Source: a virus (Duplodnaviria; Caudoviricetes). Taken from it: a stretch of DNA of 46,676 nucleotides. Every line of letters begins with the position of its first letter. Within the stretch, counting starts at the first letter, position 1. The stretch is from positions 1 to 46,676 of IMG/VR virus record IMGVR_UViG_3300025519_000053. The stretch is one strand, 5' to 3'. The position numbers and the translations under genes were made by a program. Under the pieces are notes generated by a model, which was not told where the DNA came from, did not search any database, and worked only from the letters and a program-made list of their open reading frames with translations. Shown here piece after piece: positions 9,714-18,955 of the stretch.

Positions 9714-11308
9714 CTCAATCTGTCTCAACTACTAATTTTAATAATAGTACATTGAATCCATTAAGAGCTGTTTATTCTGTTATTGGTAATCTTTGTAAAA
9801 ATCCTCAGCAACTTAGAGATCCTGAAATATATTTATCAGAGAAAGATTTTGCTCATGAATTTCATAAAATTATATTTTCAGCTATTCATAACCTAGCCTT
9901 TTCAAGTGGAGATACTACTAAAATAGATGAAATAGATATTGATAACTATTTAGCTCCATATCCAAAACTTTATAAGATTTGGGAAAGACATAATGGAATG
10001 GAATATGTCCAAGATTCTATTGAACATGCGAACCCAGAAACTTTTAAAGCAAATTATGAGAGACTAAAGAAATTTGCTTTACTAAGACACTATGTTGAAA
10101 GTGGAATTGATGTTTCTGACATCTATGATTACAAATCTCTTGATTTATCAAACCACGATAAAGGCATGAAAAAACTAGATAAAATGACAGTTCAAAACAT
10201 TATTGAGCATTACACAATGAAAATTCTTAGGATCCGAGATGAATTTAATGTTGGTCAAGAATCTAAAGACTTTAAAGCTGGAGACGACTTAGATACATTG
10301 ATTGAAGATTTGAATAAAGAACCAGAGTTTGGCTATCCATTTAAAAATGGATATTATAATTCAATTTTCCGAGGAATGAGAAGAACTAAATTCATGTTAA
10401 GATCTGCAGGAACTGGTGCTGGTAAAACTCGTCAAGCTCTAGCTGATATGTGTAATGTATCATGTGATGAAATTTATGACTTAGATAAAGGGAGATACGT
10501 TTCTAATGGTCCATCTTATCCTTCTCTATTTATATCAACTGAGTTAGAAAAAAGAGAAGTTCAAACTATTATGCTTGCTTTCATTTCAGGCATAAACGAA
10601 CAAGTAATTAAAGATGGAAGATATTCTTCTAAAGTAAGAGAACGACTTGAAAAAGCTATTGAAGTATTAAAACGAGCTCCAATCTATTGTGTTTATGTAG
10701 ATGATTTTTCAATTACTGATATTGAAATGATTATTGAACGTCATATTATCGAACACAACGTTCAATATGTTTCATTTGACTACATTCAAATGACTCCAAA
10801 ACTTTCAAGAACTATGGCTAATTCTTTTGGTTTAAATCTACGTGAAGATCAGATTCTTGTTCAATTTTCAGCTGCATTGAAAAATTTGGCCAATAAATAT
10901 AATGTGTTTATTGAATCATCAACTCAATTAAACAGGAGTGCCAAAGAAGCTGAAAATCGTAATACAACTTCACTTCGTGGAGGATCTGCAACAGCAGATA
11001 AGGTTGACTATGGATTAATGACCTTCAGAGCAACACAAAAGGACCATGATAACTTAAAGCATATTTTAGAAAAAGGATTTTGTAAGAAACCTAACTATTC
11101 TCATTGGATCTATAAAAATCGTTCAGGAAGGAATAATTGCATTATTTGGACCTATATGGACTTAGGAACAATGAGAGAAGAATCTTTATTTGCCACAGAT
11201 ACTGACTACAATTTAATTACTGATATTAATCAGACTATTATTGATTACGACGAAAATATTGAGGAGCCCGTTCAAGAAATTGAGACAATCTACAATTTAG
11301 ATTTTTAG
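9710..11308 (+). CDS. dnaB: DnaB-like replicative helicase
   Basis: SAGTGAGKT P-loop, FISTE, FDYIQ, STQLNR, KNRSG. Confidence 0.92.
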   Translation: MTQSVSTTNFNNSTLNPLRAVYSVIGNLCKNPQQLRDPEIYLSEKDFAHEFHKIIFSAIHNLAFSSGDTTKIDEIDIDNYLAPYPKLYKIWERHNGMEYVQDSIEHANPETFKANYERLKKFALLRHYVESGIDVSDIYDYKSLDLSNHDKGMKKLDKMTVQNIIEHYTMKILRIRDEFNVGQESKDFKAGDDLDTLIEDLNKEPEFGYPFKNGYYNSIFRGMRRTKFMLRSAGTGAGKTRQALADMCNVSCDEIYDLDKGRYVSNGPSYPSLFISTELEKREVQTIMLAFISGINEQVIKDGRYSSKVRERLEKAIEVLKRAPIYCVYVDDFSITDIEMIIERHIIEHNVQYVSFDYIQMTPKLSRTMANSFGLNLREDQILVQFSAALKNLANKYNVFIESSTQLNRSAKEAENRNTTSLRGGSATADKVDYGLMTFRATQKDHDNLKHILEKGFCKKPNYSHWIYKNRSGRNNCIIWTYMDLGTMREESLFATDTDYNLITDINQTIIDYDENIEEPVQEIETIYNLDF

Positions 11309-11329
11309 TCAGAGATATTTTCTCTGACT

Positions 11330-11356
11330 TTTACATTTAGATTGTTTCAGATATAA
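11330..11356 (+). promoter_or_regulatory. Repeated phage promoter
   Basis: TTTACA tttagattgttt CAGATATAA, after hairpin AGTCAGAGA/TCTCTGACT. Confidence 0.75.
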
Positions 11357-11374
11357 TAACAAAAACTGGACGGG

Positions 11375-12424
11375 GTGACATGGGTGGATGCTAATGAAAT
11401 AAAACAAACTCTTAGCAATAATGATCTCATTAGTTTTCTTAATGACCTTGGTGCCGAACCTCAAAGAAAAGGAAATAACATACATTGCAAAACAATTTGT
11501 CATAATGGACATAAACATAAACTTATATATTTTGGTGACTCAAAGTTATTTAGGTGTTTTACAGGAAATTGCGGGTCTATGGACATTTATGGATTGGTAG
11601 GTAGAGTCATGGATTTAGATTTTTATGACTCTTTTAAATATGTATGTATGAAGTTTGGCATTTCTTATAAAAGTGAATTTTTTGAAAGTGATAGGATTGA
11701 TAACTCGTTTTTTCAAAAATTTAAGAAGAAAAAAGAAAAGATTGACTTAAAAAAATTAGATAAAAAAATTTTAGACTCTTATTGGGATTTGTATCATAAA
11801 TCATGGATTGATGATGGGATAAGCATTAATTCTATGAAAAAGTTTAGTATTAAATTTTCTATTATGGATAATCAAATTATTATCCCCCACTTTGATATTG
11901 ACGGAAATTTAATTGGAGTGAGAGCAAGGAATCTTAATCCTGAACTTGTTGAAGATGGGAAAAAATATATGCCAGCTTGTTGGAAGAAAAAAGTTCTAAA
12001 ACATCCTACTGGTGAATCATTATATGGTTTAAATATTACAAAAGAAAATGTAGAAAAGTATAAGACTATAATTCTATTTGAGTCAGAAAAATCAGTCCTA
12101 CAATTAGATACTATGATTCCGAATATGTCTATTGGGGCTTGCTTAAGTGGAAGTAATATGACTTTTCATCAGTTAGATATTTTAAAAACTTTGAATATTG
12201 ATGAGGTTATAATTGCTCTTGATAAAGAGTATGAAGAAGTTGGTTCTCAAGAAGAAAAATTTTATGCACAAAAAATAACGAGAGTCTTTATTGACAAACT
12301 GGCTCCTTATTATAGAACATCAGTTATTTGGGACACTGAAGGTTTATTAGATTTAAAAGACTCCCCTACCGATAAGGGTTTAGAAGTGTTCTCTAAGCTA
12401 TTTGAACAAAGAATAGTAGTTTGA
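11375..12424 (+). CDS. DnaG-like phage DNA primase
   Basis: N-terminal Zn-binding CH...CFTGNC, LYGLN, TOPRIM FESEKS and ALDKE. True start may be GTG 11384. Confidence 0.9.
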   Translation: MTWVDANEIKQTLSNNDLISFLNDLGAEPQRKGNNIHCKTICHNGHKHKLIYFGDSKLFRCFTGNCGSMDIYGLVGRVMDLDFYDSFKYVCMKFGISYKSEFFESDRIDNSFFQKFKKKKEKIDLKKLDKKILDSYWDLYHKSWIDDGISINSMKKFSIKFSIMDNQIIIPHFDIDGNLIGVRARNLNPELVEDGKKYMPACWKKKVLKHPTGESLYGLNITKENVEKYKTIILFESEKSVLQLDTMIPNMSIGACLSGSNMTFHQLDILKTLNIDEVIIALDKEYEEVGSQEEKFYAQKITRVFIDKLAPYYRTSVIWDTEGLLDLKDSPTDKGLEVFSKLFEQRIVV

Positions 12425-12451
12425 TTTACGTTTTCTCTTAAGCAGATATAA
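12425..12451 (+). promoter_or_regulatory. Repeated phage promoter
   Basis: TTTACG ttttctcttaag CAGATATAA. Confidence 0.75.
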
Positions 12452-12486
12452 AAAAATTGAGAGAAATAATCAAGGAGGAAACAATA

Positions 12487-14241
12487 TTGAAAATAGAGCA
12501 GATTGGAAATTATGATGGGGATATTATTTCGACAATCCTTAGAAATAGAGGAATTGAAGATGTTGATTTATTCCTAAATCCAAACGATAAAGATGATTTG
12601 GATGCAATGAAGTTGGCTAATATGAAGGAAGGAGCTGAAATTACTTTATCTCATATAGTGGTTGAAAATCATATTGGAATACTGGTTGATTCTGATGCAG
12701 ATGGCTTCTCATCTTCTTCAATAATTTACCAATATTTAAAAAAAATAAAACCAGATGCTAAAATAACTTATTTTTTGCATGATAGTAAAGTCCATGGTTT
12801 AACTGAAGAGATTTTAGAAAAAATAGCTGACTCAAATATTGACTTATTAATAATTCCAGATGCTGCTTCCAATGATGATGAAGAAATTGCCAGGATTTAT
12901 TATATGGGAATTGATGTCGTTATTATTGACCACCATGAAGTAGAAAAAGAGCCTCGATTTGGAATTTTAATTAATAATCAGTTATCTCATAATGAAGAGA
13001 CAAACAAAAATCTTGTCGGTGCTGGTATGGCTTTTAAATTCTGCCAAGCTATAGACTCATTTCTAAAGACAAATAATACTGAGGATCTTTATGATTTAGT
13101 TGCAATTGGACAAATTGGAGATGCTTCAGATATTAGTGAAAATGAAGTAAGAAATTTAGTTTTTAAAGGGATAAAGAATATCAATAATCCATTTATCAAA
13201 CTTGTTCTTGAAGGAAGCTTTGATGATATTAACACTGTGGCTCCAAAAGATCTATCGTTCTCCATAATTCCATTGATAAATGCTGTTGTTCGAGTTGGAA
13301 CAATGGAAGAAAAAGAGCTATTGTTCCGAGCATTAAATGGAATAGGTACAGATGAAGTTTGGATAGTTCAAAAGAAAAAGAAAAATAAAAAAACTGGAAA
13401 ATTTGATAATATTACAGTCAAACAAAATATTTATGAGCATGCTTATGATATTTGTAAAAAAGTTAAGAATCGTCAAGGTTCATTGGTAAAAAAAGTTAAT
13501 GCTGAGATTGAAAAGACTCTTGATTCAACCGGTGGAATTGCAATTGGAATTGTACCTAATTCTGATGTAGGATCAGTTACTGGTTTAGTTGCTAATAAGC
13601 TTGTAAGAAAGCTTCAAAAGCCTGTTATCTTAGTCCATTATATTAAAAATAATGAAGATAAAAATGGCAAATATATTGGTTCTGGACGTGGTTATGAAAA
13701 AGTCCTCCCCTCTCTCAAAGATTGGTGTCAAGAAACAGGATTAGTAGAATTTGCACAAGGACATGCTAATGCTTTTGGTATATCAATCTTTGAAGAAAAT
13801 TTTGAAGATTTCAAAAAGAAACTCCATGAAGTAAAACCTTCTGAACATATCTATAGAGTAGACTTGCATATAAAAGGTAAAGTTGAGAAACAACCTATTA
13901 TTGAAGTAAATAAAAACAAGCATTTATTTGGTGGTAAAGTACACGACCCTCTCTTTGCCTTTACTGGAATTAAAGTAAGAAAAGACTTTATCAAGCAAAG
14001 AGGATCAATGATCACCTTTTTTGAAAATGGTATTGAATTTGTAATGTTCTCTGCCCCACCTGGATTATTCGAAAGTTTAGTTAACAACTTCGATCAATAT
14101 ATTACTATGGATTTTGTAGGCATTCCTGGCGAGAATAATTGGGGCGGCAGAAAAACAACTAGGATAATTTTAGAAGACTGCCAAAGAAATGAATCTGGCG
14201 AAGTTGAAGAAGAAGTTACAGTTGATAACATAGTCTTCTGA
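12487..14241 (+). CDS. recJ: RecJ-like DHH-family ssDNA exonuclease
   Basis: DSDADG, IIDHH, GSGR and GHANAFG motifs. Start set at the TTG after AGGAGG. Confidence 0.92.
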   Translation: MKIEQIGNYDGDIISTILRNRGIEDVDLFLNPNDKDDLDAMKLANMKEGAEITLSHIVVENHIGILVDSDADGFSSSSIIYQYLKKIKPDAKITYFLHDSKVHGLTEEILEKIADSNIDLLIIPDAASNDDEEIARIYYMGIDVVIIDHHEVEKEPRFGILINNQLSHNEETNKNLVGAGMAFKFCQAIDSFLKTNNTEDLYDLVAIGQIGDASDISENEVRNLVFKGIKNINNPFIKLVLEGSFDDINTVAPKDLSFSIIPLINAVVRVGTMEEKELLFRALNGIGTDEVWIVQKKKKNKKTGKFDNITVKQNIYEHAYDICKKVKNRQGSLVKKVNAEIEKTLDSTGGIAIGIVPNSDVGSVTGLVANKLVRKLQKPVILVHYIKNNEDKNGKYIGSGRGYEKVLPSLKDWCQETGLVEFAQGHANAFGISIFEENFEDFKKKLHEVKPSEHIYRVDLHIKGKVEKQPIIEVNKNKHLFGGKVHDPLFAFTGIKVRKDFIKQRGSMITFFENGIEFVMFSAPPGLFESLVNNFDQYITMDFVGIPGENNWGGRKTTRIILEDCQRNESGEVEEEVTVDNIVF

Positions 14242-14298
14242 TCATAGCAATTATAATAGTCATAACAGTCATATCTATTAGTCATGATTGTTATGACT
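14241..14298. repeat. 9-bp-period array of palindromic TYATRA units
   Basis: aTCATAGca aTTATAAta gTCATAAca gTCATATct ... gTCATGAtt gTTATGAct. Confidence 0.55.
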
Positions 14299-14808
14299 TT
14301 TCTTGAATATATTCCACCACTTTTTCTTCTTCTTGCCAGCTAATAGCTTTTTAACTTCCATTGTCTCTTTCAAAGAAAGCATAAGAGCTTTATCTCGTTC
14401 TTCTATCTTATTTGATATATATTCCTTTGTCTCTTTCAGTTCATCTAAAAGAGCCTTATTCACTTCAGACTGGATTTTTATGAACTCTTTAATTTCGTTT
14501 ATATCATCTGACAATGAATCAATGTTATAACTTTTCGAACTACCAGAATCTTTGTTATAAACAGTTATAGAAGTTATGCTTGATACAACTTTTTCTACTG
14601 CTTTTTGTACACTCATATTAGGTCCATTCTTGAGCTGAATTATTTTCCTAAACATATTTATATCTTGGTCTGAGAAGACTAATTTTCCCTGGTTATTCCT
14701 TGCAAACCTATAACCACAAGCTTCTACCATTAAGTAATATTTTTTGATAGTGGAAGGAGACAGGCCCACAGCTTTGGCTACATCATCAATTTTAACGTAG
14801 ACTCCCAT
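14278..14808 (-). CDS. MerR-like HTH plus coiled-coil protein (DUF3967/RacA-like) with a basic WW tail
   Basis: VAKAVGLSPSTIKKY HTH, coiled-coil C-half, KKKKWWNIFKK tail, GGAGG RBS on the - strand. Confidence 0.8.
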   Translation of the reverse strand: MGVYVKIDDVAKAVGLSPSTIKKYYLMVEACGYRFARNNQGKLVFSDQDINMFRKIIQLKNGPNMSVQKAVEKVVSSITSITVYNKDSGSSKSYNIDSLSDDINEIKEFIKIQSEVNKALLDELKETKEYISNKIEERDKALMLSLKETMEVKKLLAGKKKKKWWNIFKKSHNNHD

Positions 14809-14890
14809 TACTCAATTCCTCCAATCATATAATAGTTATAACTATTATAACATAATTAAAAAATATATTGAACTTATTTTTTGATTTTAA

Positions 14891-14917
14891 TTTACATTTT
14901 CCAAAGGTCAGATATAA
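14891..14917 (+). promoter_or_regulatory. Repeated phage promoter heading the nucleotide-modification cluster
   Basis: TTTACA ttttccaaaggt CAGATATAA. Confidence 0.75.
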
Positions 14918-14977
14918 ATACAATGTGAGAGATATAAATACTCTCAAAAATAAATAAAGAAATCGGAGGAATAAATT

Positions 14978-15478
14978 ATGACTCAAGTTACCAAAAATAA
15001 TTCCACTAAATTTTTAGGAAAAGAACGTTTAGAGAAAAGAGGAGACATTCATATAAAACATGATGTTTATATTGCAAGTCCTTTCTTTAAGCCTGACCAA
15101 ATTGAAAGAGTTCAATTAGTAGAAGATCTGTTGGATCGTTTAGGAATTACTTATTTCTCACCTCGAAAAGTATTAGTTTGCCCTCCAGATGCAACTGAAG
15201 AACAGAGGAAGAAAACATTTAAAGGAAACCATGATGGAATTCTTCAATCACGAGCTGTTATTGCAATTACTGATGGAAAAGATGTTGGTACAATTTGGGA
15301 AATGGGAGTAGCTTATCAAGCTGGTGTTCCTGTTATTGGCGTAGCATTAACTCTTGGAGACAAACCTTTCAATCTAATGTTAAGTGAAAGTTGTTATTCA
15401 ACATGCCGAACAATTGAAGAACTTGAAAAAACTTTGACTGATGGATCCGAGATTTATTATGAAGGAAAAATTGAATAA
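14978..15478 (+). CDS. Nucleoside 2-deoxyribosyltransferase / nucleotide N-glycosidase family (MilB/DNPH1-like)
   Basis: VYIASPFF, YFSPR and DGKDVGTIWEMG (catalytic Glu) motifs. Confidence 0.88.
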   Translation: MTQVTKNNSTKFLGKERLEKRGDIHIKHDVYIASPFFKPDQIERVQLVEDLLDRLGITYFSPRKVLVCPPDATEEQRKKTFKGNHDGILQSRAVIAITDGKDVGTIWEMGVAYQAGVPVIGVALTLGDKPFNLMLSESCYSTCRTIEELEKTLTDGSEIYYEGKIE

Positions 15479-15644
15479 TCATATATCGGAAAATATGATT
15501 TAGTTGTAAAAAGGACAGAGAGATTAATATTTTGAATCTCTCTTCCCAGATCTTTTTTGAACACCATTTAAAAAGAAAGATTAAATAAAAAATCATTTAA
15601 AAACTTATTTAAAAACTTATTTAATATTTTATTGGAGGAAGCTT

Positions 15645-15911
15645 ATGAAGATATTGAAATTCAAACAAAACAATTGTACTCCTTGCAGAATAGTAGATCA
15701 ATTCATTAAAAATGATTTAAATACTGATGCTGATGAAACTTTAATTTTGTTCAGTGGAGATAATCGAGCAGATGATCTAGCTGTCAAATATGGAGTTATG
15801 CAAACACCAACTATTGTCCTTGTCAATGATAATGAAGAAATTATTGATATTGTTCGTGGAGTTGATCAAGAAAAAATCAGAAGCATCTTTGAGAAACGAG
15901 GACTTATCTAA
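15645..15911 (+). CDS. Thioredoxin/NrdH-like protein
   Basis: CTPC active site and YGVMQTPT cis-Pro loop. Confidence 0.88.
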   Translation: MKILKFKQNNCTPCRIVDQFIKNDLNTDADETLILFSGDNRADDLAVKYGVMQTPTIVLVNDNEEIIDIVRGVDQEKIRSIFEKRGLI

Positions 15912-15962
15912 CAGAAGATTAATTTTTTCTTAATCATTATTATATAATTGGAGGAATGAAAT

Positions 15963-16511
15963 ATGTCATCATATTTTAATCGAGGAAAAGTAAAATATCT
16001 TGGGAACCCTATGATCTTAGGGTTGGGTGAAATTATTAGATATAACAATAGGCCAAAAATTAAGAACGAAAATGTTGCTGAACACTCTTTCTATGTCATA
16101 ACTACTGTTTTAAAAATTGTAAAAATGTATAACCTCAGTGATGATGTTAAAAATAAAGCTCTTGAATTTGCAGCAGTTCATGATATTGGAGAATGTTTTT
16201 TAGGTGATGTACCATATGATACTAAATTAAATAATCCAACTTTATCAGAAGTTCTTGAAGAAGCTGAAGTTATTGCTTTAGAACAAAATATGCCAGAGTT
16301 TTCTGAATCATATAAACAGTTCTTAAAAGAAGAAAAAGAAGAAACTGTAGCTTACTTGGTGACTAAACTTTCTGATGCTGTTTCTGTTCTGCAATATTCA
16401 AACCGTGAATTAGAGCTTGGAAATAGAACACCTCAAATGAAGGATATTAATGAGGATGCTCAACAACGAGTCACTAAATTGATTGAAAAGCTTGAAAGTA
16501 AGATCAATTAA
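15963..16511 (+). CDS. HD-domain 5'-deoxynucleotidase / dNTPase (YfbR-like)
   Basis: RYN, ENVAEHSF, HDIGE..GDVP and KLSD motifs. Confidence 0.88.
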   Translation: MSSYFNRGKVKYLGNPMILGLGEIIRYNNRPKIKNENVAEHSFYVITTVLKIVKMYNLSDDVKNKALEFAAVHDIGECFLGDVPYDTKLNNPTLSEVLEEAEVIALEQNMPEFSESYKQFLKEEKEETVAYLVTKLSDAVSVLQYSNRELELGNRTPQMKDINEDAQQRVTKLIEKLESKIN

Positions 16512-16537
16512 CAATTTCATTAATTGGAGGATAAGTT

Positions 16538-17915
16538 ATGAATTATACTGGAAAGAAAATTGCTATACTTCGAGGTTATCCCTAGATTGATTGATGGAGA
16601 ATCAACAGCAGTGGAAGAAATGTTCCGATGGGGTCTCCAAAATGATGTTGATTTTCATACTTACTATTATCATGCTCCATGGAAAAGAAAAAAGCCAGAA
16701 TACAAAGATGGATACACTCATAAGTATACCATTTTTTCAAGGGACAATATTAATGAAATTGTTAATGAAATAAATAAAAAATATGATTTAGTAATTCTGA
16801 TTAACCCAGCTAAACCTCACAGTGGACTTAAAAAAGAGGACGTTATTGAGTTCCATAAGATGTATAAAAGACTCATCCCAGTGAAAGTACAAATGCAACA
16901 TACATCTTTTGTGAAAGCTATGAAAGAAACCCCTTTTTGTTGGTCTTATATAAATGAATCTGACGCTATTTATAATCACTCTGATGAAAGTTATTATATG
17001 AATGCTTTAGTTAAGAGGCTTCCATCAAAAAGAGATCGAGCTTTCCCAATGCACTTATGGACTGATGTAAAACGATTCAAAGATTTTTACAAAAATACAA
17101 AACGTGAAAAGAATCTAACTTATATTGGAAGATTTGTATTGTATAAAGGTCCAAAAAGACTTTTAGATATTTCTGAGGCAGTTTATGAAGCTGGAATTCA
17201 ACCAGTCATTTATGGAATGGACACAAGAATTGGCTGTAAACAACAAATTTTAAGCCATCCAAATTGTAACAACTTATTACAGCCAAATTTACCTAAAAAT
17301 GAAAATCCTATTGTTCCCACTTATGGAAGAATTAAACGTGAAGAAGTTTTAAACAAATTCAATAAAAGTTTATTTGCTTGTACTCTTTTTAAATTCAAAA
17401 GAGATATTGATAAATCATCCTATGGAGATAGACTAGAATACACAATGCAAGAAGCTATTTGTTCTGGGGCCATCTTAGTTGTAGATAAAGAATGGGCTGA
17501 AGAATGTAAGACTATTGACGGAGTTAAATATATCGATATTCCTAACTTTGCTATCTATATGGACGAAGAAAATCCATATGAAGCAATTCAAGAAATGAAA
17601 AAGGTTGCTAAAGATCCAGATTTACAACAGTTATATCGGGATACAGCCTTCAAAGTTCTATTAAATGAGTATGATAATTCTGTTGTCCTTCCTAAACTTA
17701 TGACTCAACTATTCAATATTACAAAAGATCCTTATAAGTTTAAAGGAGATTTTGAACTTGTTGAATATCTTACAAAATCGACTTCTAAAGCTGAAAGGTT
17801 TATTGAACTTTATGAAGAAGGAAATTTAATGCCTATGTTTCCTGGTGCAATTGAAGAAAATAAAATATCGATCTTTACTGGAAAATCTGGTAAAGCCATC
17901 AAAGAAGTTGTTTAA
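16538..17915 (+). CDS. DNA alpha-glucosyltransferase-like GT-B enzyme, split by a +1 frameshift after codon 15
   Basis: QH, DAIYNHSD, YIGRFVLYKG and RLEYTMQE..SG line up with T4 AGT as recalled (QH, DVIFSHSD, WIGRTTTWKG, SLEYTHLE). GGAGG/ATG 16538 gives MNYTGKKIAILRGYP-stop; the main body is in the +1 frame (ORF 16560-17915). Confidence 0.8.
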
Positions 17916-17941
17916 GCAGGATGATTCCTGCTTATTTTTTT
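17914..17941 (+). terminator. Intrinsic terminator
   Basis: TAAGCAGGA-loop-TCCTGCTTA followed by a long T run. Confidence 0.75.
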
Positions 17942-18000
17942 ATTTTTTATTATGATTGTAAAAATTTAGATAACTATTTGGTCTATTTTTTACTATCCGA

Positions 18001-18027
18001 TTTACATTTCTGATATGACAGATATAA
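18001..18027 (+). promoter_or_regulatory. Repeated phage promoter
   Basis: TTTACA tttctgatatga CAGATATAA. Confidence 0.75.
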
Positions 18028-18065
18028 AAGTTATGTGAAATAAATAGTTGGAGGTTATAAAAGTT

Positions 18066-18503
18066 ATGACAAAAGAGATCTCAACTACTTCCCCTAAATT
18101 TATAATCCTTGAAGGTGTCGACAGGTCGGGCAAAGGGTCTATGCAAAATGCAATTGATAAAGCTACTAAATATAAACATTTTGTAATGGATCGGGGACCA
18201 ATAGGATTCATGACTTATTGTGTTCTATTTAACAAGCCAAAAGATCTTTATACAGAATACCAGCATATGGAAAATGTATTTAGTCAAATTCCTAATATTT
18301 TAATGATATATCTAACTGCTTCAACTGAAGAATTAATAGATCGTTGCATACGTACAAATCATGAGATATTAGATTTTGATCTTCATAAAAAAGTCTATGA
18401 GAGTTATGTTAAAGCTTCTAAAATCCCATCAATCACTATAGATACAACTGAAAAGCATGTAGATGAAATTGTTCAAGATTTAATTAAAGAGGGGATCCTA
18501 TAA
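18066..18503 (+). CDS. Thymidylate-kinase-like dNMP kinase
   Basis: ILEGVDRSGKGS P-loop, VMDRG, IYLTAS. Confidence 0.8.
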   Translation: MTKEISTTSPKFIILEGVDRSGKGSMQNAIDKATKYKHFVMDRGPIGFMTYCVLFNKPKDLYTEYQHMENVFSQIPNILMIYLTASTEELIDRCIRTNHEILDFDLHKKVYESYVKASKIPSITIDTTEKHVDEIVQDLIKEGIL

Positions 18504-18955
18504 TGGATAAAGTGACTATCTATACTGATGGTGCTTCTCGTTCGAATGGGAAAGAAAATAATATTGGAGGCTATGGTGTTGTTCTTCAATATAGAGGTCA
18601 TACCAAAGAATTGTATCAAGGATTTAGAAATGTGACTAATAATCAAATGGAATTAAAAGCTGCTATTGAAGGTCTTAAAGCTATGAAGAAATTTAATATT
18701 CCAGTTGAAGTAAAAACTGACTCAGCTTATTTATGCAATTGCATTAATCAAAAATGGTATGTTAAATGGATGAATAATGGATGGGTAACCTCCAGTAAAA
18801 CGCCAGTTGAAAATCGAGAATTGTGGATTGAACTTCTTGATTTGATTGATAAATTTGCTTTTATTCAATTTACAAAAGTTAAAGGCCATTCTGGCGAACC
18901 AGGAAATGAAAGGGCTGACGAATTAGCAAATAAAGCAATGGATGAGATGATATGA
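18503..18955 (+). CDS. rnhA: Ribonuclease HI
   Basis: IYTDGA, TNNQMEL, TDSAY, KVKGHSG..GNERADELA. Confidence 0.96.
   Translation: MDKVTIYTDGASRSNGKENNIGGYGVVLQYRGHTKELYQGFRNVTNNQMELKAAIEGLKAMKKFNIPVEVKTDSAYLCNCINQKWYVKWMNNGWVTSSKTPVENRELWIELLDLIDKFAFIQFTKVKGHSGEPGNERADELANKAMDEMI

Noticed and set aside
15963-16511. 2-aminoadenine (Z-genome) pathway suggested by HD and MazG-like genes
   Set aside because: No PurZ/PurA-like gene in the window, and the neighbours point to pyrimidine chemistry.
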